NCBI GenBank assembly: GCA_016342685.1
Contig: JAEINU010000001.1
Span: forward strand, 1,034,920 to 1,098,919
Origin: Bacteroidales bacterium
GTDB lineage: Bacteria > Bacteroidota > Bacteroidia > Bacteroidales > UBA12077
DNA length: 64,000 nt
Direction: 5' to 3'
Position numbers and translations under genes: made by a program. Position 1 is the stretch's first letter, and each line of letters starts with the position of its first letter. Below the pieces are notes generated by a model, which saw only the letters and a program-made list of their open reading frames with translations, searched no databases and was not told the DNA's origin. Below are positions 27,149-35,501 of the stretch, one piece after another.

Positions 27149-28168
27149 ATGAAAACACTATATAGCATAGAAAAATGGGATTTAATTGCAAAATATTATG
27201 CAAATGAATGTGATCAAAAAGAAATTGAAGAATTAGACAATTGGATTTCTGAAAATGAGGAACATAAAAAAGTATTTATTCAAGTAAAACAAGATTTAGA
27301 AATTTTAAACATTAGCAATTCAATGAACAAAATTAATGTAGATTCGGCTTGGGACAAAGTAAAAAATAGGATCGAGGAGGCAGATGAGAAAGAGTCAATT
27401 GCAATGCATAGCACAACAGGATTTCAATTTAAGAGTGTGTTAAAGTATGCGGCAATGCTTATATTAATTGTTGGTATAGGTTTTATTACCAATAAAATAT
27501 ATCAAAGTACAAATGGTAAACTAAATACTGAATATGCAGCGATAGACGAGCAGGGAAAAGAAATAGTTTTGCCCGATGGATCTATCGTTTTCCTAAACTC
27601 AGAGAGTACAATTTTCTTTGAAAAAACATTTGCACACAATGAGCGTAGAGTAATTTTGGAAGGTGAAGCTTTTTTCGATGTAACGAAAAATCCTGATAAA
27701 CCATTTATTATTGAAACAAAAAGTGCTGAAGTAAAGGTACTTGGAACATCTTTCAATGTTAATGCAAATTTGCCAAATAAAGAGGTTGAAGTATTTGTTA
27801 AAACCGGTTTAGTAATGCTTTCAGATGTTAATGATCTTAATAATAAGATTTTAATAGAGCCTGGAAAAGTTGGTTTATTAAAGAATAAAGATTTATCAAA
27901 GGAAGAAAATACAGATTTAAATAAAATTTCTTGGAAAACTAAAGAGATTGTGTTTCAGGAAGATAATATGATTAATGTAATTAATACTTTAAATAAAGTT
28001 TATAATACAAATATATCGTGCTCTGATCAAAAGGTCTTGGATTTAAAATATACCTCAACCTTTAGAAATCAGGAAATTGATTCAATATTAAATGTAATTT
28101 GTATGACTTTAGATTTGAAAGTAGATTATGTTAACAATCAAATAAATTTAATTAAACACAATAATTAA
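27149..28168 (+). CDS. FecR-family anti-sigma factor
   Basis: Cytoplasmic N-terminus, one TM (AAMLILIVGIGFI), FecR domain (VLPDGSIVFLNSESTIFF...EGEAFFDV...VLGTSFNV). Confidence 0.85.
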   Translation: MKTLYSIEKWDLIAKYYANECDQKEIEELDNWISENEEHKKVFIQVKQDLEILNISNSMNKINVDSAWDKVKNRIEEADEKESIAMHSTTGFQFKSVLKYAAMLILIVGIGFITNKIYQSTNGKLNTEYAAIDEQGKEIVLPDGSIVFLNSESTIFFEKTFAHNERRVILEGEAFFDVTKNPDKPFIIETKSAEVKVLGTSFNVNANLPNKEVEVFVKTGLVMLSDVNDLNNKILIEPGKVGLLKNKDLSKEENTDLNKISWKTKEIVFQEDNMINVINTLNKVYNTNISCSDQKVLDLKYTSTFRNQEIDSILNVICMTLDLKVDYVNNQINLIKHNN

Positions 28169-28211
28169 TGCGAAAATGCTGTATATTGAATTTTAAAATA
28201 TACAGTACATT

Positions 28212-29771
28212 ATGATATTCTATAGCAAACATAAATCCGGCAATATCAATATACCAATACTATTGATATTGCTTTTTTTATTTAATGGGAATTTATTTTC
28301 TCAAGAAACTTCGGTTCTTGATTCTGTTGTTTCTTATAAGGTAAAAAATAAGAAACTGGATTTTGTATTAAGCGAAATAGGAGGTTTAATAGGTTATGAA
28401 TTTTCGTATAACCCAGATCTATTAGCTACAAACAATATTATTAAGGCAAAATACGAAAATATTCAAATAAGAAATCTGCTAATTAATATTATTAATGATT
28501 CAACATTAACTTTTAGGCTTGTTGACAAACAAGTTGTAATTACAAAAAGAAATCACTTAAGTAAATTAATGTTTGCCAATATAAATGGCGAAATTATTAG
28601 TTATATTAAATTAGAAGGTAAAATTTTAGACAAAGATTCTAAACAATCCCTTTCATTTGCCAACATTTCCATTAAAGAGAAAAGTATTGGTACAATTTCA
28701 AACGATCAGGGCGATTTTAACCTCTCTATTTCAAAAGGCTTTATATCTGACACCTTGGTATTTTCATATATTGGATACAAAAACACATATATTCCTATTC
28801 AACAACTTTCATTGAATCACAACTTAATTTATTTAACACCAGATAACTATAAGATTAAAGAGGTTGTTGTTAGAGCTTATGATGCCAAGGAGATTCTTTT
28901 GAAGGCAAAAGAAAAGATTAAAGATAATTATCACACAGATCCATATCAAATTACAGCTTTTTATCGGGAAATGGTAATGAAAAATACAAATCTGGTTGCA
29001 ATTACCGAAGCCGTGATGAGTGTGTATAAAAGCCCATATTTAGGAACATTTTCTGATCAGGTTAAGTTGTTAAAAGGACGTAAAAATGAGTATTACTCGC
29101 CGAGCGATACAATTGCCTTGAAACTCAGAGGTGGTTTACATGCAAGTTTATTCCTCGATCTAATAAAAAACCCTACATATTTTTTTCGCGAGGAATTTTT
29201 TCATTTATATGATTATTCTATCGACAAAATTATGACATACAACGATAAATCTGTTTATGTAATAGATTTTAAGCCTGTAAGATATATAGATCAGGATTCA
29301 TTTCAAGGAAAGATATTTATTGATATTGATTGTTTGTCGGTTGTAGCAGTTGAATTTAATTTAACGCAGGATGCTCTTTATAAAATAGGAAAGGATTTTG
29401 TTGTTAAAAAAGCTTTTCGAACGGTTGTAAAACCAACTTCAGTTAAGTATACGGTAAATTATAGAAAAATTAACGATAAGTACTTTTTCAATTTTGCTAA
29501 AGGTGAATTAGCTTTTAAGGTAAAGTTTAGGAAAAAACTATTCTCAAATAACTTTAATACCGTTTTCGAATTTGCATCAAATAATATTGATACTGTGAAT
29601 GTTGAAAGATTTAAACGAAATCAGGTTTTATCTTCAAATAAAGTATTTATTGACGAAAATTATGATTACGACCATCAATTTTGGGGTGAGTATAACTATA
29701 TAAGTCCTGAGAAGTCTTTACAAGATGCACTTATCGAAATACAGAAAAAGGTTGATTCTGTAAAAGAATAG
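28212..29771 (+). CDS. STN-domain + CarboxypepD-reg-domain protein lacking a TonB-dependent plug/barrel
   Basis: Signal/anchor, STN-like segment (YKVKNKKLDFVLSEIGGLIGYEFSYNPDLL...LTFRLVDKQVVITK), CarboxypepD-reg segment (LEGKILDKDSKQSLSFANISI...TISNDQGDFNLSI). The remaining roughly 300 aa carry no TonB box or plug motif and the total is only 519 aa. Confidence 0.65.
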   Translation: MIFYSKHKSGNINIPILLILLFLFNGNLFSQETSVLDSVVSYKVKNKKLDFVLSEIGGLIGYEFSYNPDLLATNNIIKAKYENIQIRNLLINIINDSTLTFRLVDKQVVITKRNHLSKLMFANINGEIISYIKLEGKILDKDSKQSLSFANISIKEKSIGTISNDQGDFNLSISKGFISDTLVFSYIGYKNTYIPIQQLSLNHNLIYLTPDNYKIKEVVVRAYDAKEILLKAKEKIKDNYHTDPYQITAFYREMVMKNTNLVAITEAVMSVYKSPYLGTFSDQVKLLKGRKNEYYSPSDTIALKLRGGLHASLFLDLIKNPTYFFREEFFHLYDYSIDKIMTYNDKSVYVIDFKPVRYIDQDSFQGKIFIDIDCLSVVAVEFNLTQDALYKIGKDFVVKKAFRTVVKPTSVKYTVNYRKINDKYFFNFAKGELAFKVKFRKKLFSNNFNTVFEFASNNIDTVNVERFKRNQVLSSNKVFIDENYDYDHQFWGEYNYISPEKSLQDALIEIQKKVDSVKE

Positions 29772-29787
29772 TGAATATACTTACATC

Positions 29788-31824
29788 TTACTTTTTGTAA
29801 ACTCGAACCCAATCAATTTCCATTAATGATCCATTCGTTTGTCCTTCCTGGTGTATGCCCGAACTTAAAACAATATACATTGGTTCTTGTGGAATACCCT
29901 CGGTTTGTTCAAATAAAACAACATCGTTTACTTTCCATATAAGTTTGTCAGAAGTCCATTCTAGAGAATATATGAAGTAATCTTTAGCAAAGTTTAAGCC
30001 TCCAATTGCCTTTTTGTTTTGATCACCATTCCAATAATTGGCAAGTTCAATTTTAGAAGACGATTTCTTTCCAAATTTAAAAATGTCAATTTCAGGTGTA
30101 ATTTTTTCTCCAAGTAACCAAAAAGCATGATGAACAGGATAGGAGTGATTAACTTTCACTTTGGCTTTAAATAGTCCGTATTGTTGACGGAAAGATTGAC
30201 CGGTTTGAATTAAACCCGATGTGTAATCAAAATCTTTGGTGTAAAAACCCATCGCAGGATCCCATACTTTACCATTTACTTTCTCTTGCTTAGTCGATAT
30301 TTTTAGAGTGTTATTGTTTAACTCAATATTTGAATCCTTATAAAATTGTTTCTCACTTACCTGAACATAATCATCGTTTAACAAGTTTTTTCCCCAATAA
30401 TAACCCGTCATCCATTTATCGGCATCTAATTTATTTCCTTCAAAACGATCCTCAAATGTAAGTTCCCATTCACTTAATTTATCAAAGTTGTTTTGTTTTT
30501 CTAACTTCTGATACCATTTTATTTTATCCGATTTTTTAAGTTTTTTATATTCTTCTTCCTGCTTAAACTCTTCCGATAATTTAAATTTATCTTTTGTTAA
30601 AAGGTATTTCTTCTCATTCTTGAACTCTTCGGAGTTTATAAATTGTTCTAGTTCCTCATAATCCGTAATTTCTTGCGACTCATTCAATTCACTATAAATA
30701 GTAAGCTTTTCCGATTTATGAAATTTATAATATTGCTTTATCTCTGAAGATTTCTTTAAAGCCTTATATTCTTGCTGTTTCTTAAACTCATCGGTCTCTG
30801 CAAACTTCAGTTTTTTAACTTCTTCAATATGAGACTTAAATTCGGGAGAGTTCACTTCCTTTTCAAGTTCTATATAAGATTCTATTTCTTCAGAACCGTC
30901 TAATTGTAAATACTTTTTATACTTTTCGGAATTTTTAAACTTGAAATGGTTTTTTATTTTAGACGATTGTTCCAGTTTTTGATACTCTTTCAGTTTTTGA
31001 TATTCATCAAGATTCTCAACTTTTATTTCTTTAATAGCTTTTTGGTATTCTTTTGAATGAATCTTTCTTTGTAGTTCTTCAAATTCGTCATTTTCGGGAA
31101 ATTCCTCAGCTTTTTTTAGCGATTTTTTAGTTCGTTTTAAATCCTTAAATCTTGATATAATAGTATTGAGTTCCTCTTGTTTTTCTTTCTTTTTATTTTC
31201 AATATCAGTCTTAAGTACATCAAAATTAATGGGTTCGATGTATTCCTTTAAACTTTGAAAATCATTTAGTTCTTTTGATCCGTCAAGATTATTACAATCG
31301 GCAAGTTGTTTAGATACTTTTAATGCAAAATATCCTTTAAATTTTTTCTTTAGTTCTTTGTATCTTAATTGTTTATCCTTTATTTGTTTTGTTTTCTCAT
31401 CTTTTTGCTGAATCAAAGATTTTTTAAACTCATCAAATTCAGGTGAAGTAAAAAATAGATTCAATTCTTCGTAATTGGCTAATTTATCTGAATCTTTAAA
31501 TGAATCATAGGTTTTAAGTTCCTGTGAATCTTTAACTTGATAGAATGTTTTAATTCGTTTAGATTTCTTTAGATCTTTATACGCTTTCTCTTTATTAAAA
31601 ATTTCAGAGCCCTGATATTTCTTAGCGTTAATTTCCCTTTTAATATCTTCAAACTCTTTAGAAGTAATAAAAGCGTTTAGCTGATTAAAACGAGCCAATT
31701 CTTCAGATTCTTTGTAAGCATTAAAATCTTCGAATTCTTGTTTTAACTTATTTTCTTTTTCTTCTAGAACCGAAGTTTTTGGGATCATACCCAATTTTGC
31801 ATAAAGTGAAAATTTTGCGCTCAT
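29788..31824 (-). CDS. GH16/concanavalin-fold C-terminal domain protein with long N-terminal K/E-rich repeat region
   Basis: C-terminus has HAFWLLGEKITPEIDIFKFG and LMEIDWVRVYK (GH16-like). N-terminus has at least 4 copies of a Y-x-x-LKKS-x-x-IK...SPEF module. ATG 31824 preferred; TTG 31845 is possible. Confidence 0.7.
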   Translation of the reverse strand: MSAKFSLYAKLGMIPKTSVLEEKENKLKQEFEDFNAYKESEELARFNQLNAFITSKEFEDIKREINAKKYQGSEIFNKEKAYKDLKKSKRIKTFYQVKDSQELKTYDSFKDSDKLANYEELNLFFTSPEFDEFKKSLIQQKDEKTKQIKDKQLRYKELKKKFKGYFALKVSKQLADCNNLDGSKELNDFQSLKEYIEPINFDVLKTDIENKKKEKQEELNTIISRFKDLKRTKKSLKKAEEFPENDEFEELQRKIHSKEYQKAIKEIKVENLDEYQKLKEYQKLEQSSKIKNHFKFKNSEKYKKYLQLDGSEEIESYIELEKEVNSPEFKSHIEEVKKLKFAETDEFKKQQEYKALKKSSEIKQYYKFHKSEKLTIYSELNESQEITDYEELEQFINSEEFKNEKKYLLTKDKFKLSEEFKQEEEYKKLKKSDKIKWYQKLEKQNNFDKLSEWELTFEDRFEGNKLDADKWMTGYYWGKNLLNDDYVQVSEKQFYKDSNIELNNNTLKISTKQEKVNGKVWDPAMGFYTKDFDYTSGLIQTGQSFRQQYGLFKAKVKVNHSYPVHHAFWLLGEKITPEIDIFKFGKKSSSKIELANYWNGDQNKKAIGGLNFAKDYFIYSLEWTSDKLIWKVNDVVLFEQTEGIPQEPMYIVLSSGIHQEGQTNGSLMEIDWVRVYKK

Positions 31825-31920
31825 AGTATAGGTTTTATTAGCCAAAGGTTAAAGATATAAAAAAATCATCAGATGTATTTCAAATTGTTTGAATTGTTTT
31901 GGGTGTATTAAAGTTCTAAT

Positions 31921-31958
31921 ATAAAACAAAAAAGGCTTAGCAATTATTGCTAAGCCTT
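31921..31958 (-). terminator. Intrinsic terminator after the metallopeptidase gene
   Basis: Minus strand AAGGCTTAGC-aataatt-GCTAAGCCTTTTTTGTTTTAT. Confidence 0.75.
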
Positions 31959-31977
31959 CTATATATTTGATAATTAT

Positions 31978-34032
31978 TTATTTGATGTACTTTAATGCTT
32001 CTTCGGTTGCTTTAATCATTGGGTGTATTGAAATATCTTCTTTAGTTGCTTTTTGCATCCAAACCTGTGGCGTTACTCTACCAATACTCCAGATTCGATC
32101 TACTTCATCAGAAAAATCTTTGCCATTTAAATACTGTTCAACTTGGAAATCAATTAAATGACCAAATGAATAGTTTGCTAAATACAATGGGCTTGCTATC
32201 ATATGAGAATAAATTCCAAGAATAGGTTCATTCTGAGTACCGTATACTTCTGCAAAATAACTGTTCCAAACTTCATTTGCAATACTTATTACAGCACCTT
32301 TAAGTTCTTTAGCAGTTGCATTAGGATTTGCATATAACCATTTCCAAACTTTCATATCTACCATTGAAACGCCCATAATTTCAAAAACAGACCAGTACAA
32401 GTCTAAAGTTTGAAGATGTTCTTTGTTTTCATCATTATTATTAAATCCAAGTAATTGTAAATCTCTTTTTTGGAAAATAAATGCAAGGGCCTCAGTAAAT
32501 GCAGTGTTAGGCACACCATTAATCATATAATAATCAACATCGTGTAAAGAAATTGTCTGTTCCACATTATGACCAAATTCGTGAACAGCAATGTTATAAC
32601 CTTTGTAATCCATTCCTTTTCCAGAGATTCTGGTTCTTAGATGAGCATTTTCAGCTTTCATTTGCGCTCCCCAAGCGTGACCTGAACCACGCGCAGCATC
32701 AACAGTTACTTTCGAAGCAATAAATTCTGCACGTTTCTTTTCCCAACCTAATTTCTTTAAAGTTGTACCTAAATCAGCTTCTAAAGCTTTTGCATTTGGA
32801 TATTTTTTTTGAGTAATTCCATTTAAGGTCTCTTCTGAAATTGAACTACGGGCTTTAAATCCATCATACCATATATCATAAGGTTTTAAATCTCTTCCTA
32901 GTCGTTTTGCAATAAGTTTTCCAACTTCTTTAAACACTGGTGATGATAAATACTCATCGAATAAGTTTTCAACCTCTTCTTGTGGAATTTCCTTTGATCC
33001 AGCAAAAGCTCTTTTAATAAAGGTATTGTAATCGGCATAATACTCGTCTGTAGCTTTCATTGCATGAAAGTTGTTTAATATTTGCTGATAACGAGCATCT
33101 GGTTCAGCCATTAATACAACTTCTTGTCCATTTTGGAATGAAGTATTATTAATTGGATTCCAGTCATAATCACCAGAGTTAATAACATCTTCAGGAATCG
33201 ATTGATCAATAATTCGTTTCATTACAGTATAGATCATATCCTGTTTTTCAATTCCATTCTCTGTATTGGCATAGTTTGATTTTATTTCGTCACGTAAGTT
33301 CCAGTGCGAAAGTAAAACCATATCTTCTGGGAATAATTTTTCATTTTCATTATTTAAAAGATGTCCCATGTATATATTATATTCAGAAATATAAATATCG
33401 GCCTTTGTGCCGGCTGTGCTAATTGCTTGTGAAAGTTCGGCAGGAACTCTTGCACTAAAAACATCTCCCATACGCGCATAAGCCCATTCAAGTGAACTCC
33501 ATTCTTTTCCAAGATCATTTTTTTCATTTAAAGAATAGGGTGGAAAATTTAAAGCAATTACAAAAGCAATTTTATTTGCATAAAAATCATTTGAGAAGTG
33601 TGCATCTGGACTATAAGCAGCAAACATAGCATCAATATTATGGTACGTACCATTATCTAAATGCATATTTTCATTTAAATCTAAAAGGATCTTATTATTA
33701 TGTCCCCAAAGAGATTCAAAGTTTTTTGATATTTTAGTAAATACCATTTCTTTTTCAGTTTCCTTGCTAATATAATTTTCAAGACAGAATTTTGTAAATT
33801 CTTCGCCTGTTCCATCTGATGCTCTCCATAAAGATGCGGCATGAGCAACTCCTTTGTTTATAAGATCTTGATTACTTGCCTCAAATTGATTACTTAGAGC
33901 TAATTGAGTGCTCGAAACAATTTGTTCTGTAATATTTTTCTTATCAGAAAGCTTTGATTCGCTTGTCATAGTCGTACAATTTGTAAATCCTAATAACACT
34001 AGTAAAAAAATAATTAAAAAACTTTTTTTCAT
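31978..34032 (-). CDS. Zinc metallopeptidase lipoprotein (HEXXH)
   Basis: Lipobox GFTNC and HEXXH in IAVHEFGHNVEQ with a downstream Glu (FTEALAF). The family was not assigned by eye. Confidence 0.65.
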   Translation of the reverse strand: MKKSFLIIFLLVLLGFTNCTTMTSESKLSDKKNITEQIVSSTQLALSNQFEASNQDLINKGVAHAASLWRASDGTGEEFTKFCLENYISKETEKEMVFTKISKNFESLWGHNNKILLDLNENMHLDNGTYHNIDAMFAAYSPDAHFSNDFYANKIAFVIALNFPPYSLNEKNDLGKEWSSLEWAYARMGDVFSARVPAELSQAISTAGTKADIYISEYNIYMGHLLNNENEKLFPEDMVLLSHWNLRDEIKSNYANTENGIEKQDMIYTVMKRIIDQSIPEDVINSGDYDWNPINNTSFQNGQEVVLMAEPDARYQQILNNFHAMKATDEYYADYNTFIKRAFAGSKEIPQEEVENLFDEYLSSPVFKEVGKLIAKRLGRDLKPYDIWYDGFKARSSISEETLNGITQKKYPNAKALEADLGTTLKKLGWEKKRAEFIASKVTVDAARGSGHAWGAQMKAENAHLRTRISGKGMDYKGYNIAVHEFGHNVEQTISLHDVDYYMINGVPNTAFTEALAFIFQKRDLQLLGFNNNDENKEHLQTLDLYWSVFEIMGVSMVDMKVWKWLYANPNATAKELKGAVISIANEVWNSYFAEVYGTQNEPILGIYSHMIASPLYLANYSFGHLIDFQVEQYLNGKDFSDEVDRIWSIGRVTPQVWMQKATKEDISIHPMIKATEEALKYIK

Positions 34033-34120
34033 GATGATTGTATTATAGATTAAAATTTGATTTCCTTAAAGGGTAAAATTAGTATTTAAATAATTTTATC
34101 AAAATAATATTGATAAGAGT

Positions 34121-35389
34121 ATGGAAAGACAAGATAGTTTATTAGTAAAATATAGTCAGGTTAGAGCTAGATCTATAGAGCTTTGCGCGCCTCTTCAAGT
34201 AGAAGATTATGTTGTACAACCTACCGAAGATGTAAGTCCTCCAAAATGGCACTTGGGACATACTACTTGGTTTTTTGAATCATTAATTTTAAAGCCAAAT
34301 ATTAAAAAATATCAGTACTATAACGAAAAGTATAATTATATATTTAATAGTTATTACGAATCGTTGGGAGAAAGAATAATGAGAGTTAACCGTGGAAATC
34401 TTTCTCGGCCAACTGTTAATGAAGTTCTTCATTATAGAGAGGTAATTGACGAGAATGTGGAAATATTTTTATCAAATACTGTTAGTGACGAGATTTTGGA
34501 TTTAATTGAGACTGGCTTAAATCATGAACAGCAACATCAGGAGTTATTAATTACTGATATTAAATATATTTTGGGGCATAATCCTTTGTTTCCATCGTAT
34601 AAGTTGGAGTATGATAAATCTTTAGATCGATTAGCAAAAATTGTCGAACCTCACTATTTAAAGGTTCCTGCAAAGAATTATCAGGTTGGGTATAATGGCG
34701 ATGATTTTCATTTTGACAACGAAGAAAGCGAACATCAGGTTTATTTGAGTGAATTTCGTTTTTCTGATATGTTGGTTACCAATAAGGAATATGTTGAGTT
34801 TATAGCCGATAAAGCGTATAAAAGATTTGAATTATGGCTCTCAGATGGTTGGGATTGGGTGCAAAAAAATAATATTAAATCTCCATTATACTGGCATTTA
34901 ATAGATAAAAGCTTTTATGAGTACACATTAACAAATGGCTTACAAAAAATTAATCCAGACGCTCCGGTAACACATATTAGTTTTTACGAAGCCGATGCGT
35001 TCGCACGTTGGAAAAAGCAACGATTGTTAACCGAATTTGAATGGGAGGTAGCAGTTAAAAAGTATATTATGGAATTGGATTATAATTTATCAAATTTTCA
35101 AGATAACAATTTATTTCATCCTTTAGCCAGAAAAGAAAGTTCGTATCAACTTATTGGTGATGTTTGGGAGTGGACAAATAGTGCGTATCTTCCTTATCCT
35201 GGTTACAATCAGCCACAGGGAGCATTAGGTGAGTATAACGCTAAATTTATGATGAATCAGATGGTACTTCGTGGGGGATCTTGTGCGACTCCAATTGATC
35301 ATTTCAGAGCAAGCTATCGTAATTTTTTCCAACCAGAAAAACGTTGGCAGTTTACTGGTATAAGATTGGCATACGACGAAAGTAATTAA
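34121..35389 (+). CDS. egtB: EgtB-type sulfoxide synthase (DinB-like N-domain + FGE-sulfatase-like C-domain)
   Basis: PPKWHLGHTTWFFE, iron-binding HX3HXE (NHEQQHQE), C-terminal WEWTNSAYLPYPGY...LRGGSCATP. Confidence 0.8.
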   Translation: MERQDSLLVKYSQVRARSIELCAPLQVEDYVVQPTEDVSPPKWHLGHTTWFFESLILKPNIKKYQYYNEKYNYIFNSYYESLGERIMRVNRGNLSRPTVNEVLHYREVIDENVEIFLSNTVSDEILDLIETGLNHEQQHQELLITDIKYILGHNPLFPSYKLEYDKSLDRLAKIVEPHYLKVPAKNYQVGYNGDDFHFDNEESEHQVYLSEFRFSDMLVTNKEYVEFIADKAYKRFELWLSDGWDWVQKNNIKSPLYWHLIDKSFYEYTLTNGLQKINPDAPVTHISFYEADAFARWKKQRLLTEFEWEVAVKKYIMELDYNLSNFQDNNLFHPLARKESSYQLIGDVWEWTNSAYLPYPGYNQPQGALGEYNAKFMMNQMVLRGGSCATPIDHFRASYRNFFQPEKRWQFTGIRLAYDESN

Positions 35390-35501
35390 TTCACAGCGGT
35401 TTAATGTTCTTCAGTTTTTTAAATCTATATTTTATTATTAACTTTAGTATCAACTTACTAATGGTCATCACACATATAAAAAATTCAGAAAATTAATTAT
35501 T

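Noticed and set aside
26582-29771. The sigma/FecR module as the head of a polysaccharide utilisation locus
   Set aside because: No SusC-like TonB-dependent transporter, SusD-like lipoprotein or secreted active glycosidase follows. The adjacent GH16-like gene is on the opposite strand, has no signal peptide and appears to lack a catalytic Glu.
31967-32161. 64-aa plus-strand ORF at the 3' end of the metallopeptidase gene. Likewise 39814..40005 and 40092..40283
   Set aside because: They overlap supported genes or promoter regions and show hydrophobic, low-complexity translations with no recognisable family.
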